A DNA stretch of 63,236 bases, filler included, from Welwitschia mirabilis (GCA_051453625.1; 4 parts of one record of this genome joined end to end with filler, not necessarily neighbours in it); one strand, 5' to 3'; shown: positions 1-13,784, numbered from the whole stretch's first letter. Notes: generated by a model not told the origin, from the letters alone. Translations and numbers: made by a program.

Positions 1-782
1 GCCTGTCACAAATCTTAAACAACATAAAATATGAGGGAGAAGTCCTGCATATATTAAACATAAAAGAATATAATTCATATTAAAAGTATAAAAGGCATCT
101 GTATCATAAAGTAGCTATTCCTCAATGGAGAAAACACTACCAAACACCAAGGTAACATCTCTCTAGATTACAAGATGGTTCTCCGGTCCCAAGATCTTTT
201 GTCACAAGTATGTCAGGTACTATCGAAGATGATTAGGGATCAAGGGGAAGACCTTTATTTATAGCTAAAAAAGAAAGGAAAACTGACAGAGAAGTATAGG
301 AGAAACCCTAGCTNNNNNNNNNNNNNNNNTCTCAATAAAGAGAAGAAAACATAGGAAAACGCTCGGTAAAAGTGTGAGAGAATAGTATCATCCTTCTTAT
401 CATCCGGATGATGTAGGAGACGATGAAGACTGATACTTAGATATCTGTTTAGCTCCCAGTTTAACTACTTGTGAATTGCATGTGAACTTGTTATCACCCT
501 ATTAGAGATATCGTTTACTACTAATGTCCAGACGATTAGGTGGATGACAGGCTTTTATTAATTTTTAGTCAGTTTGATCACTTGTTATTTGTGGGAATTA
601 TTATCCAAAATATCATTTATCCATATCTGTACAAAATGCTTGTAATTTATCTGGAATTTGCATGTTTTCATTCTCTTTATCTCGATTCTCCATTATCATA
701 AGAATTAAGCATTTATCTGTTAAGTTACTTACAAAACAACTCAGAATACCCTATCAAATACATGTAAGTTGGCAGTGCAACA
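1..782 (-). mobile_element. Partial LTR of the Athila-like family A, truncated by the window start
   Basis: Colinear with 19100-19878 and 24870-25766. Shared terminus CTATCAAATACATGTAAGTTGGCAGTGCAACA gives TGTTG on the minus strand. No PPT beyond 782, so this is the outer edge of a 5' or solo LTR. Confidence 0.8.
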
Positions 783-810
783 TGGATGTTTATTCCCTTA
801 TAGTTTATAT

Positions 811-1215
811 GTGATCTTGGATCTACGAACGTTGCTTCTATGCTACGTGAGATCCAAAAAGCATCTAGGTCTACAGAACCAAGATAATGTCAAAGAAGGT
901 TTCTTACGAGATTACTGTGCATGCTATAAACCTAGCCAAAGGGCACCCTTTTGCTTATGCAAGAATAATGCCTTGAGAAAGGAGAGTTTGAAGTTCAGAT
1001 GGAGGGATTATTTTGCTTTGTCTTTGAATCCCATCACTACCCAAGGGTTCCATGATGAATTCCTTCTTGAAGAGGATGATAAAATGGCTTACTTTTGCTC
1101 CATGTATGTCCCCAAGTTCTATTCTATGAAGATCATTAATGATATCAGAAAGTATGCTCAAGAGCATGGTTATGGCCATGCCCAGGAAGCCATCAATAAT
1201 GGACTAGACTCTTCA
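811..1215 (+). pseudogene. THIC: Degenerate 3' fragment of plant phosphomethylpyrimidine (HMP-P) synthase THIC
   Basis: Translation LLCYVRSKKHLGLQNQDNVKEG...(shifted frame ITVHAINLAKGHP)...NNALRKESLKFRWRDYFALSLNP...FHDEFL...AYFCSMYVPKFYSMKIINDIRKYAQEHGY. This tracks the remembered plant THIC consensus [22 protein letters not shown]...IAAHAADLAKxHP...DDALSKARFEFRWxDQFALSLDP...FHDETL...[29 protein letters not shown]. It has compensating frameshifts and two of three Fe-S cysteines are Tyr. Confidence 0.9.
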
Positions 1216-4200
1216 CAGATGAGAGTAATTATCTTATTAAAGATTATTATGAGCTTTAGGAATTTGTTGTAATATTTCTTGATAAAAGTTATTGATCTTG
1301 AAAGTATTATAAGAGGTCAAATTATATCACAAATCTAGTGGATTCTTCCAAGAGTAACTTGGTGCTACTTGTGAGGTTTTGCATTATTACTTTTTAAATT
1401 TTCTCTTAATTTTAGGGCCTTCTTGATTTTCTCTATGTGCTTCCTACCAAGTTGTTCTCCTATAAGTGTTCCCTAAATTTATCTTCTTATTTTTTAGGTT
1501 TTCCTTCTATGTGTTTTTTGTTGGCCTCATTTTCCTATAAGTAACTAGCATATTTATTATTGATANNNNNNNNNNNNNNNNNNNNNNNNNNNNNNNNNNN
1601 NNNNNNNNNNNNNNNNNNNNNNNNNNNNNNNNNNNNNNNNNNNNNNNNNNNNNNNNNNNNNNNNNTTATTACTTTTTAAATTTTCTCTTGATTTTAGGGC
1701 CTTTTTAGTTCTTTCTATGTGCTTCCTACTAAGTTGTTCTCCTCTAAGTGTTTCCTGAATTTGTCTTCTTATTTTTTAGGTTTTTCTTCTATGTGTTTTT
1801 AGTTAGTCTTATTTTCCTATAGGTAACTAGGATATTTCTTATTGATATTTCTTTGTTTATCCAATTCTATGGGCTCTATGTTTTTCCTTTGATGTTACAA
1901 CTTGCCATCCTTAGTTGTCCTCTTTTCCTTGTATCTTCCCCTATGAAACTTCCTTCATTAATCTCTATTTAGTGATATTGACTACCCTTGTTCATCTTGC
2001 TAACTACTTCTCACTTTCTCTGTGAGTCTCCCTTATTGTGTTCTGGTATTTCTCTTTGATTTAATTGATTTTATTTTTTGTCATGGCATTATTTTCATCA
2101 CTTAGGATATTGCTTTAATTTCCCTTTGATACTGTTATTGGAAGNNNNNNNNNNNNNNNNNNNNNNNNNNNNNNNNNNNNNNNNNNNNNNNNNNNNNNNN
2201 NNNNNNNNNNNNNNNNNNNNNNNNNNNNNNNNNNNNNNNNNNNNTTCCCTTTGATCCTTTTATTGGAAGCCTTGCCATGAATGTAAAGGTTTTCTCTTAT
2301 CTTTATGTAGTGGTCTGATTTAGAATGCTAAATTGGTATTTTCTAGGTCTAGTTTCCTTCTATTTTTATCACAGTGAGGTGAAATATGTCCTTTCTACAT
2401 GTAAAGTCTATAGCCATTTAACATGTTTTCATATATTATGAGTTGAAACTAAGTTTCATGTGGTCCTTAAATCTATATGTTGGGGACTACTTTTATATCC
2501 TCTACCATTTACACACATATTTAGGCACACACTACTAGCATTTATTTTTTCATTATTTGATCTCTTATGATGACATCCAAACTCTGGTAGTCACGTCATT
2601 TTTTTTGTAAGAGAAGTTCATAGTAATGCTTACAGAGCTAATGATAGGGCTTTTTGAGTCTCAGTTATGACTCAAACAAAAGTTGATGTTTNNNNNNNNN
2701 NNNNNNNNNNNNNNNNNNNNAAGTATGTGAATTTTCTTCTACTACTAGCTATGTGGCCCTTACTACCAACTACGTGTCTCCCATTATAGGGGCGATGGAA
2801 GGCCTCAATGAATAATAAATAAAAGCACTTCATCTCATGAAGTGTGCATGTCCTATGCGGTCATGCTTTTCAGCTTAGATTGTTCATGTATACATAGTCC
2901 TACTGAGGCATGAACTTAAACTTCATTTTACTATTCCATTCAAAATGCACCATTTATTTGATTTCTGTAGTAAATTTCATGCTTGTGACTGTAATGGCAA
3001 TGGAACATTTTATTCAACATTTAACACTTTAAGCTTATTAACCTTTCGTTAATACTGAATCAAGGTTTCATTAGAGACACCCATCAAATGTATGACCAAA
3101 GAAATATTCAAAAGTAGCAACATGAAATAGGATCTCAAAATTAATAATAGAGGCTAAATAGATCCTAATTGCATTTATAGAGTAAGCTTAAATGAGTTTT
3201 GATCAATAGAAAATTAGAAAGATTTTCAATGACAAACATTTGCTAAAGTGAATGCATTTCAGTTTCTCCTCCCATTCCTAGAATTGACATTGATTTTGGA
3301 TATTGTTTCTAAACATTATTTTATTGAATTAGGATTTTNNNNNNNNNNNNNNNNNNNNNNNNNNNNNNNNNNNNNNNNNNNNNNNNNNNNNNNNNNNNNN
3401 NNNNNNNNNNNNNNNNNNNNNNNNNNNNNNNNNNNNNNTTTTATATCCTCTACCATTTACACACATATTCAGGCACATATTACTAGCATTCCTTTTTCCA
3501 TTGTTTGATCTCTTATGATGACATTCAAATTCTAGTAGTCACATCATTCTTTTTATAAGATCACTTCACAGTAATGCTTACAAAGCTAATGATAGGGCTT
3601 TTTGAGTCTCAGTCATGACTCAGACAAATGTTGATGTTTCTTTCAAAGACCTTTCTCTAGCTATCAATTATGTGACTTTTCTTCTACTACTAGCTATGTG
3701 GCCCTCTACCAACTATGTGTCTCCAACTGTAGGGATGATGGAAGGCCTCAATGAATAATAAATGAAAGCACTTCATCTCGTGAAGTGTGCATGTCCTATG
3801 CAGTCATGCTTTTCACGGTTCATGTACTCATAGTCCTACGGAGGCATGAACTTAAACTTTATTTTACTATCCCACTTAAAATGCACCATTTATTTGATTT
3901 CTGTAGTAACTTTCATGCTTGTGACTGTAACAATGATGAAATGTTTTATTCAACATTTAACACTTTAAGATCATTAATCTTTTGTCAATCCTGAATCAAG
4001 GTTTCATTATGAGACATCCATCAAATGTATGACAAAAGAAATATTTAAAATTAGTGACATAGAATAGGATTTCAAAATTGATAACAGAGGGCAAATAGAT
4101 CCTAATTGCTTTTATAGAGTAAGCTTAAATGAGTTTTGATCAATAGCAAATTAGAAAGATTCTCAATGACAAACATTTGCTAAAGTGGATGCATTTCAGT

Positions 4201-6239
4201 TTCTCCTCCCATTCTTGGAATTGACATTGAGTTTGGATATTGTTTCTACACATTATTATATTGAATTAGGATTTTTAAAAATCCCTATTTAACCACTATT
4301 AGGGTTTATAAATAGATCTTATTCATTTATTTCACTCATATTTCTTTCATGCATAACATGTCAGTATGTGATACATTTTGAATTCTTATTCTTTATTTGA
4401 TGATTAACAACAACTTAGTTGTATATTTGTTAAATGAAAAGTTTTATACAAGAGGTATATGCAAAATTAATTAACCAGTATTAGCTTATATACTATCCAT
4501 CTAACTTGCTAGTTATATATGCAAAGTAGAAACTCAAAAAAGAAAATCTACACACTAGTTTACTATTACATTTTTTTAGTGAAATCTGAAAATAAGTTCT
4601 ATCTATATCATCAATGAGTTCTTAGGAGTTTCATTCTATTATCTTCTATATTTTAAAGTTATTATGNNNNNNNNNNNNAGGTTGGATTGATTCCAGATGA
4701 TAAATTTCTAGACTTTTTTGACTTGTCACTTTCTACTAATACCATTAATATAGTTAAGTATTTAATAAAGTTTATTAATATAATGGTATAATCACTTGTT
4801 CTAATTTCTTAAATAGTAATGTAATACTAATAACTAATATATTTGCAGGCATTTATAGCTTTCCTAAAGGATCTCATAGAATTTTTTTTCAAGAAGAAAC
4901 ATGTGAGTGATTTGCGAGCTTTATTAGTTTTATTTGTTTATTAATATAAAAGAAAGTGATTTCTTTTTTGTATTGTAAAATGTTGAGTTTATAGCATATG
5001 ATGAATATCTGGATGGATATCCATCAAAAAGATCTTGATAGAATTTTTAAAAAAAACTTCATAACTTTCTCACTTTATACGCCTGAATGCAAGTGAAATC
5101 AATGGTATCTTCCATCATGGTTTTTAAGATCTAAACATAAGTATTNNNNNNNNNNNNNNNNNNNNNNNNNNNNNNNNNNNNNNNNNNNNNNNNNNNNNNN
5201 NNNNNNNNNNNNNNNNNNNNNNNNNNNNNNNNNNNNNNNNNNNNNNNNNNNNNNNNNNNNNNNNNNNNNNNNNNNNNNNNNNNNNNNNNNNNNNNNNNNN
5301 NNNNNNNNNNNNNNNNNNNNNNNNNNNNNNNNNNNNNNNNNNNNNNNNNNNNNNNNNNNNNNNNNNNNNNNNNNNNNNNNNNNNNNNNNNNNNNNNNNNN
5401 NNNNNNNNNNNNNNNNNNNNNNNNNNNNNNNNNNNNNNNNNNNNNNNNNNNNNNNNNNNNNNNNNNNNNNNNNNNNNNNNNNNNNNNNNNNNNNNNNNNN
5501 NNNNNNNNNNNNNNNNCGATTTTAGATCTGTTAATGACTCTTAACTATGTTTATATGTTTATATGCATTAATTATAAATGATGGTTGTGAAACCTTGGTA
5601 AATCTTAAGTTAACTACTTAATTATAGTTAATTATAATTATTTTTTACCAAGGGAACTGGCAGTGTTCATGTTCTATGATAATGTCAAAATGATTTAAAA
5701 CCATTTTAACAAACTGAGAATGAGTTTAAGAGTGCTAAAAGGCTTCAGCAGAAATTTTTACTTGTATATAACACTCAACTCTACTATAGGTACTAGAAAT
5801 GTTANNNNNNNNNNNNNNNNNNNNNNNNNNNNNNNNNNNNNNNNNNNNNNNNNNNNNNNNNNNNNNNNNNNNNNNNNNNNNNNNNNNNNNNNNNNNNNNN
5901 NNNNTTGATAAATCTTAAGTTAACTACTTAATTATAATTAATTATAATTGTTTTTTTACCAAGGGAGCTAGCAATGTTCATGTTCTGTGATAATGTCAAA
6001 ATGATTTAAAACCATTTTAACAAATTGAGAATGAGTTTAAGAGTGCTTAAAAGGCTTTAATAGAAATTTCTACTTGTATATAACACTCAACTCTACTATA
6101 GGTACTAGAAATGTTAGCTTTTTCTTAACTAAAAAAATCATTCCCATAGTTAGTGCAACTATTATGCTTATAGACTATCAATTTTGAAGGCAATATTTTT
6201 AACCCTTGTGTAGTAAAATTCTTTTCCAAAAGTTATAGC

Positions 6240-6460
6240 TTTCAAGGCATTTGTTTTATAAAATGTCTCTAGAATCTTTTAAGGTATTTTTTCAAAAATG
6301 CATTAAGGTGTTTTTATTTAAACACCTTAAAATCTTGCAGGCTTTTAAGATGATCATTTTTAAAGCATTTTATGAAGAAACACCTTAAAAGCCTTTAAGG
6401 AATTTTTTATTGCCTCATAAGGTGCTTTAGATGCCTTAAAAGCCTATATTTCTTGTAGTA
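6240..6460 (+). mobile_element. Right end of a CACTA (En/Spm) DNA transposon with subterminal repeats
   Basis: Ends in TTTCTTGTAGTA (6449-6460), one mismatch from the reverse complement of the CACTACAAGAAA TIR. Preceded by direct and inverted subterminal motifs such as AAACACCTTAAAA, TTAAGGTGTTTTT and GATGCCTTAAAA. No left TIR found in the window. Confidence 0.75.
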
Positions 6461-9400
6461 AACTATGATATGTCAATTTTAATTAGTACACTATCATTTT
6501 TCATCTATGCTATTCAAATAGAATTATGAATTTTTACTGATTAGGAATCATGTATCTTTAATTTTGAAATGAGAGACTGTTTGTAAGTGATCAAATTCAA
6601 GTGGAATACATTCTAATGCAATGTGTTTGTTTTTATCTATTAAGTCAGATAAGTTTAAAGTTGTTACTGATGCTTTTTCTATTTTACATAAGACTAAAGC
6701 ATTAGAGAAATAAATTTGATATTTTAAAAAGAATTAAAACTTATTTTTCTTTCAAATAAGGTATCGGGCTTTGAGAAAATAGGATTTAGAATATGGGTAA
6801 TTCAATGTTTATTTACATTTATTTTATTTTATTTTGCTATTTTTTTAAATTCATAGATTTTAGTTTTTATTTTACATCCCTTCAAACTTTATCTTATTTC
6901 TTTTGATCATCACATGTAAACCTATGAATTTATCTACTTCATGGGCGTGGAATCTTTGGAATCTTCAAAAGATTAGCTTTAATTGAAAGGAATTTATTTA
7001 CCAAGAATATGTTTTTTATATAACTAAAATCATAATTTTAAATTTAATGAATTTCTTTTTCAAGATGTTTAATTAAAATATTCTTTTAATGTGCACTCTA
7101 TGTTCAATAATGTAAGATTCTTCTTGCTAGAATGTTATGCTTCATGCTTTTTTCTAATTTAACTTGCCTCTATTTATTTTCGCTTTTTTAATCAGGGATT
7201 GACAAGTGCTCAGTGGGGAGCTATGTTGCAAGTCAAATTATATTTAAAGTATGTTTTAGGTCTATTTGAGTATGTTTTTCATCAATTCAGAAAAAAGTGA
7301 ACTAACCATTATGATGAACAAGAAATGATAGTTTTCTAACATTTCTAATCATTTATGGACTATTTTTGAGATACATTCCATTTAGAATAGAGTTTTGAAC
7401 TCCAAATGGACTAGTAACAATGGAGTGAAATGCCATTGAAATATTCTAGATATTATCATGATGCTTAGTAGGGATTAATATGATTAATTTAAATGCTCTT
7501 CGACATGTTTCTAATGCTTTAGAATCTAAGAANNNNNNNNNNCAATCTTGGACTAAGAGATGATGACTAGAGATGATTTAAATGAGAACAATGTATCACA
7601 TAAAAGAATTTACTATAGCAGAGTTAGTGTGGTAGGGTTATTGTAGCAAGTTACTATAGTAGTTATTATAGCTATCATCCACTTGATCATCCCGATGACA
7701 TCCAGGATGACACTCAAGATAATAACCAAGATGACTCTAAGTTACTGTAATAGGTTACTATAGCAAGATCACTGTAGTAGGTACTATATACATTACTATA
7801 ATTGTCATCCACCTAGTGATTCAAACAATAGCCAAGATTACAAGTATCATAATAGAATTACTATAGTCCATATAGTCATCTAGATAACACTCAATAGACG
7901 ATAGATAGTACACAATACTNNNNNNNNNNNNNNNNNNNNNNNNNNNNNNNNNNNNNNNNNNNNNNNNNNNNNNNNNNNNNNNNNNNNNNNNNNNNNNNNN
8001 NNNNNNNNNNNNNNNNNNNATAGATTTTAGTTTTTATTTTACATCCCTTCAAACTTTTAGCTTATTTCTTTTGATCATCACATGTAAACTTATGAATTTA
8101 TCTACTTCATGGGGGTGGAATCTTTGGAATCTTTAAAAGATTAGATTTAATTGAAAGGAATTTATTTATCAAGAATATGTTTTTTACATAACTAAAATCA
8201 TAATTTTGAATTTAATGAATATCTTTTCATGATGTTTAATTAAAATATTCTTTTAATATGCACTCTATGTTTAATAATGTAAGATTCTTCTTGCTAGAAT
8301 GTTAAGCTTCATGCTTTTTCTAATTTGACTCGCTTCTATTTATTTTCACTTTTTTTGTCAGGGATTGACAGATGCTTAGTGGGAAGCTATGTTGCAAGTC
8401 AAATTAGTAATATTTAAGATCATATTTAAAGTATGTTTTAGATCTACTTGAGTACATTTTTTATCAATTCAGAAAAAAAAGTGAACTAGCCATTATGATG
8501 AACAAGAAATGATAGTTTTGCAACATTTCTAACCATTTATGGATGATTTTTGAGACACATTCAATTTAGAATAAAATTTTAAACTCCAAATGGACTGGTA
8601 ACAATGGAGTAAAATGCCATTGAAATATTTTAGATATTATCATGATGCTCAATAAGAATTAATATGATTAATTTAAATACTCTTCAAGATGTTTCTAATG
8701 CTTTAGAACCTAAGAAGTCAATCTTGGACTAAGATATGATGACTAGATATGATTTAAATGAGAATAATGTATTAGATGAAAAAATTTACTATACAGAGTT
8801 AGTGTGGTAGGGTTATTGTAGCAAGTTACTATAGTAGTTATTATAGTTGTCATCCACTTGATCATCCCTATGGCATCTAAGATGAAACTAAAGATAATAA
8901 CCAAGATGACTCTAAGTTACTATAATAGGTTACTATAGCAAGATCACTGTTGTAGGTACTATATACATTACTATAATTGTCATCCACCTAGTGATTCAGA
9001 TGATAGCCAAGATGACAAGTATTGTAATAGAGTTACTATAGTCCCTATAGTCATCTAGATAATACTAAAAAGACGATAGATAGTATACAAGTTAACAATC
9101 ATCTACCTAGTTATCTAGATGACCTTTATATAGATGAAACTCATTATTCATCCCAAGAGGGCATGTGGAGGATAAGAAGCTATTAGGAAAGAAGAACAAA
9201 TATTATCCATCCTTTTGTCCACACTACACTCAAGTGGAAGACAATCCTAATGAATGTAAAATGACTCGATTGATTAAAAAATCATTGATATGATTGTTTA
9301 TGATCTATTACCACTCTTTGGTTACCCTAGCCATCAAATCCAAATCTATAAATATCCCTCTTAGATCCCTCATTTTTCATATTTGATGCATTAAAATCAT

Positions 9401-10657
9401 TTATGTAATTGGAGCATTTTGGGTAAGGGATTCATCCTAGTTATAGAGAAGGACATTTCTTGATGTTGGCCTGTGTCTTCTTCAGTGAGAAGCTTTTGAT
9501 TTATAAGAGGATGTATACATTTTGATTAATAAAATATTAATTGAAGTGTTCTTACAAAATTTTATGTTATGTTCTTCATATGTTATGTTAAAATCAAGTT
9601 AATTGCATAAGGTTAATTATGATTTTTGATATAGTATATAAGGGTCAACTTGGATGACAATAAGTTGGCAAACCTAGTTAGTATTAACATTTAAGCTTGC
9701 ATTTCATCTTTTCATTTTGCATTCATTCATTTCATCATTGCATTTTCATTAATTTATCATTCTGAAGTTAGAATAGAAAATCATTTTAGTTCTTCTCTTA
9801 TTGATTAAAGAAACCTTCCAAATGTACTTTTGAATTTCTCTCNNNNNNNNNNNNNNNNNNNNNNNNNNNNNNNNNNNNNNNNNNNNNNNNNNNNNNNNNN
9901 NNNNNNNNNNNNNNNNNNNNNNNNNNNNNNNNNNNNNNNNNNCAAGTGGAAGACAATCCTAATGAATGTAAAATGGACTCCCTTGATTAAAAAATCATTG
10001 ATATGATTGCTTATAATCTATTACCACTCTTTGGTTACCCTAGCCATCAAATCCAAAGCTATAAATATCCCTCTTAGATCCCTCATTTTTCATCTTTGAT
10101 GCATTAAAATCATTTATGAGATTGGAGCATTTTGGGTAAGGGATTCATCCTAGTTATAGAGAAGGACATTTCTTGATGTTGGGCTGTGTCTTCTCCAGTG
10201 AGAAGCTTTTGATTTGTAAAAGGATGTATACATTTTTATTAATAAAATATTGATTGAAGTGTTCTTACAAAATTTTATATTATGTTCTTCATATGCTATG
10301 TTAAAATCAAGTTAATTGAATAAGGTTAATTATGATTTTTGATATAGTATATAAGGGCCAACTTGGATGACAATAACTTGGCAAACCTAGTTAGTATTAA
10401 CATTTAAACTTGCATTTCATCTCTGTTCATTAATTTATCATTCTGAAGTTGGAATAGAAAATCATTTTAGTTCTTCTCTTGTTGATTAAAGAAACATTCC
10501 AAATGTACTTTTGAATTTCTCTGTAAAGTATGGCATTTGGGATGACTCCATATACTAGTGTGTTTTATGTGTGTTAGATCCTTTTTAACATTGTAGGTTA
10601 CCATTAAATATTATTAATTAAAGACAAGAATAATATCACACAATTTGCATTCCAACA
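6461..10657 (+). mobile_element. 3' internal region, PPT and 3' LTR (7224-10657, inflated by assembly duplicates) of a second Athila-like gypsy family (D)
   Basis: AGTGGGGAGCTA|TGTTG at 7212-7228 mirrors the family A PPT/LTR junction GTGAGGGCTA|TGTTG. TATA-like CTATAAATA at ~9346. Probable terminus TTCCAACA at 10657, with no PBS after it. Confidence 0.55.
7608..9065. repeat. Degenerate short-motif array (TTACTATAG/TACTGTAG and GTCATCC..GGATGAC) inside LTR D, present twice because of an assembly duplicate
   Basis: Many copies of ttactatag-like units interspersed with inverted gtcatc/gatgac motifs at 7608-7890 and 8785-9065. Confidence 0.6.
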
Positions 10658-12242
10658 ATGATATACTGAAAAAAATGGAAGGAGGGTGGGAAAAATCAAC
10701 TAAGTAATCAATCAAGCTTTGAAATAAATATATGAATCTAAAACTGAAGCTTCCAAAGGAGAATTTCTAGGACTATCAAATAAACATCTCCATTTGTATA
10801 AAGGATTAAGGATGGATCTCTATCTATTTATANNNNNNNNNNNNNNNNNNNNNNNNNNNNNNNNNNNNNNNNNNNNNNNNNNNNNNNNNNNNNNNNNNNN
10901 NNNNNNNNNNNNNNNNNNNNNNNNNNNNNNNNGTAATACAACAAAATTTAAATCAATTAAAAGATCAAAGAGCATAAGTTTTGTAGTTTATGAGGATGAT
11001 GAGAAGGATTTTTATAGATATTTTATCCAAGATGAAAGAGGGGAAAGATGTACATACAATTTTCCTTGGGCGTTCCTTTGAAACAAACAAATAAAAGAAA
11101 CCTCCTTCATCTAAGCCTTTCCAACTAAAAAAGCTCCCAACTATCTACAAAGAAAATAAGACTAGAGAAGGGTCTTTTAAAACATCTAAATCTAATTAAG
11201 AGAACTTAAATTTAGATGATCCAACCCTTATAAGGGAATAAATAAAACCAATAAGATAGTTAGGATAAATAAATAAGTTAAAGGAGAAGTGAAAGATAAA
11301 TTAGTAAAAAGAAAGGTAAAAAAGTTGAGGCAGGTAAAAAAGTTGAGGCAATGAAATTATCTTTATTTTATGAAGTTTTTATATATGTATATAAATATGA
11401 TTGTGTTTTGTTCAAGGACTAATAGAAGTGTAAGTGTGGGAGAATTAATAGGTTAAAACTTTCTTTCTAAAGTTTCTTATGTTTTTATCAAAATATAATG
11501 AATTTGTAGGTATTTTTAGTATAATGTAGCATGTCTTAATATTATATTATTATTCTATGTTGTTAACTACTTAAAAGGGAAACAACATGAATTGCAATAA
11601 GGGAAGGCAAGCATAACTAAAAAATAGGAGACAGTTACAATAGCTTTGTAAGTGGTATGAAGAATTAAGTAACATACAACTAACAAATTGGAAGTGATTG
11701 GGGAAACTTGAACATGTGGCAAAAGTGAGAAAAACAAATCATTGGCATCCTTTGTGCACAAATAGTATAAATTAGGATAGTAGTGGATATTTATATTTTC
11801 TTGGGTTTGAGGGATAAATCTTGGAAAATATCATTAGAAGACATGATCATCATCTCAAAGTGTTGCAAAGTGACTTCCTCATTGTACCTACTACTAGTAT
11901 ATAAGGTAGCATTTTATGTTGTTAAGTTTCTCTTAAACTAATAGTAATACAAGTATAATTGTTCTAAAAAGAATTATGTACTATTATGCATGTAATTTTA
12001 AAAGGTTACATGTAGTTATTTCATACGCTTAATATTAATTTAGCTAGAGTTAGTATTAAGATAGTGCATTAATTAAAAATAGGTTATGTTCAAAGCCAAC
12101 TAGGATATCATGTATTATTTTATCTACTTTCTATTAGAACATGCATTTTCAATGATGAGAATCAAACTCATAAGTCAGAAAATAAGTCTTCAATAGATCA
12201 CAACATCTAAACATGTATGCAGTTTTCTATACTAGGACATCC

Positions 12243-13784
12243 TGATAGGATCAGGAATCTCGCAAGGGTAGGGGAAGTGGGGGGAGTGAATAGGTTCTTT
12301 AAAAATTAATTAAATAAACTCACAATATAAAAAAACTTTTAATTTTCTAATAAATTCATGCATATAAAGAAAAACTAAAAGTATTTAAAGTAATGAAACT
12401 AATAGAAATCATAAATTACTAAATAGATGCACGTAGGATTTAATAGTGGCTTGAAAAACCCCCTACTTTACTCTTGATGATTAAGTTTATCTGAATCTTT
12501 ATTACTCTTCTAGGTATTTCATATTCACTTATAATCTTTAAAAATGAACTTTTATAATCTTAGCTTCAACCTTTTCAATAAACTTTTATAGGCTAAGTCT
12601 CAACCTTTTAACAGATTTTTGTAGGCTAAGATTCAACCTTTCAATGGACTTGTGCAGGATAAGTCTCAAACTTTTAATGAAATTTTGCAAGCTAAGTCTT
12701 AATCTTTTACAATATAAGATAGTGATGAAATAATACCAAGATGCACAGATATCACTCATTCTTTGGTATAATAATTTTGATGCATCTCTTCTTTTGTAAA
12801 AGANNNNNNNNNNNNNNNNNNNNNNNNNNNNNNNNNNNNNNNNNNNNNNNNNNNNNNNNNNNNNNNNNNNNNNNNNNNNNNNNNNNNNNNNNNNTAGTAA
12901 ATATCATAATATTTATTTCTTTGATCACGAGTCAAAAAGTCTTTTTAGTTATCTCTCTCTTGGGTATTTATATTAGAAGGATTTTAGGGTTTATTACAAT
13001 TTAAAATTCACTTCCAATGGTTATAAATGGCTAGAAAATGGATATCTAATAGATACATAATAGATAGAAAGTTTCATTTCTGTTCCGGCCAGTCGACCCC
13101 TTAAAAGTCCAGTTGATTTCTCCTGGTGTTGTAACTTACACAGATTGCCTGAGTGAACTTTTCGATGGCTTCAGTTTCTTATGACTCCATATCCGGTTGA
13201 TCTCTTAGGGTTTGGTTGACCTCCATCTAGTCGCTCATACTTTTGTCTGGTTATGAACTAGTCCTGTTAAAGTTTATTCCAATTTCCTACATTAGGTTTG
13301 GCCAATCCCTTTAGGGATCTAGTTAACTCTATAATAATCAACTTAGGGATATCAGCTGCACAGTGCTTAGGTTTGGTCGACTCCTTCAAAATTTTGGTTG
13401 ACCCCTTAATAATTAGTTTAGAAGTATTGTTCTCAAGTTCACAAATCTAGTTGACCCCTTAATAGATCTAGTTAATCACTTGAGACTCAGTTCAGGGATA
13501 CTGGCTCACAGGATCATAGGTCTAGTCGACCCATTAGAAATATAGTTGATCCATCTAAATTCAGTTTAATTTTGAGAGTATGCTCCAGGTGCGACCAATC
13601 CCTTGAAAGTCTGATAACCCCTTAAGAGGGTAAGTAAACTTAACAGGTTTCCAGTGTTCAAATTTTAACATTCATAGCTTCAGCATCTAACCTATAAGTG
13701 ATTAACATTTTCTGCATAAGATACATAAAATTTGCTACACATAAAACATTAGTTTGACATCAATTGGTAAAACATAATCTACCA
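12243..13784 (-). repeat. 3' LTR of element B
   Basis: Colinear with 27114-28516. Adjacent PPT at 13785-13796 reads ATCTCCCCCTTT on the plus strand. Confidence 0.85.

Noticed and set aside
769..1272. 167-aa ORF as a functional gene
   Set aside because: It starts at a TTG inside the LTR, runs out of the THIC frame between two frameshifts, lacks two Fe-S cysteines and covers only the C-terminal part of the enzyme.
1216..2300. TPP riboswitch expected in a plant THIC 3' UTR
   Set aside because: No GGGGTGC...GCTGAGA...CCCTTTGAACCTGA core is visible. TCCCTTTGAT at ~2121 is too short and lacks the other elements.
4680..5130. Possible Ulp1-like exon remnants of a CACTA second ORF
   Set aside because: Only faint resemblance and splice-like borders; too decayed to call without a profile search.
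11700..11762. SWIM-like motif T*TCGK...IGILCA suggesting a Mutator transposase remnant
   Set aside because: Spacing is off, it needs a frameshift, and no other MULE motifs or TIRs were seen.
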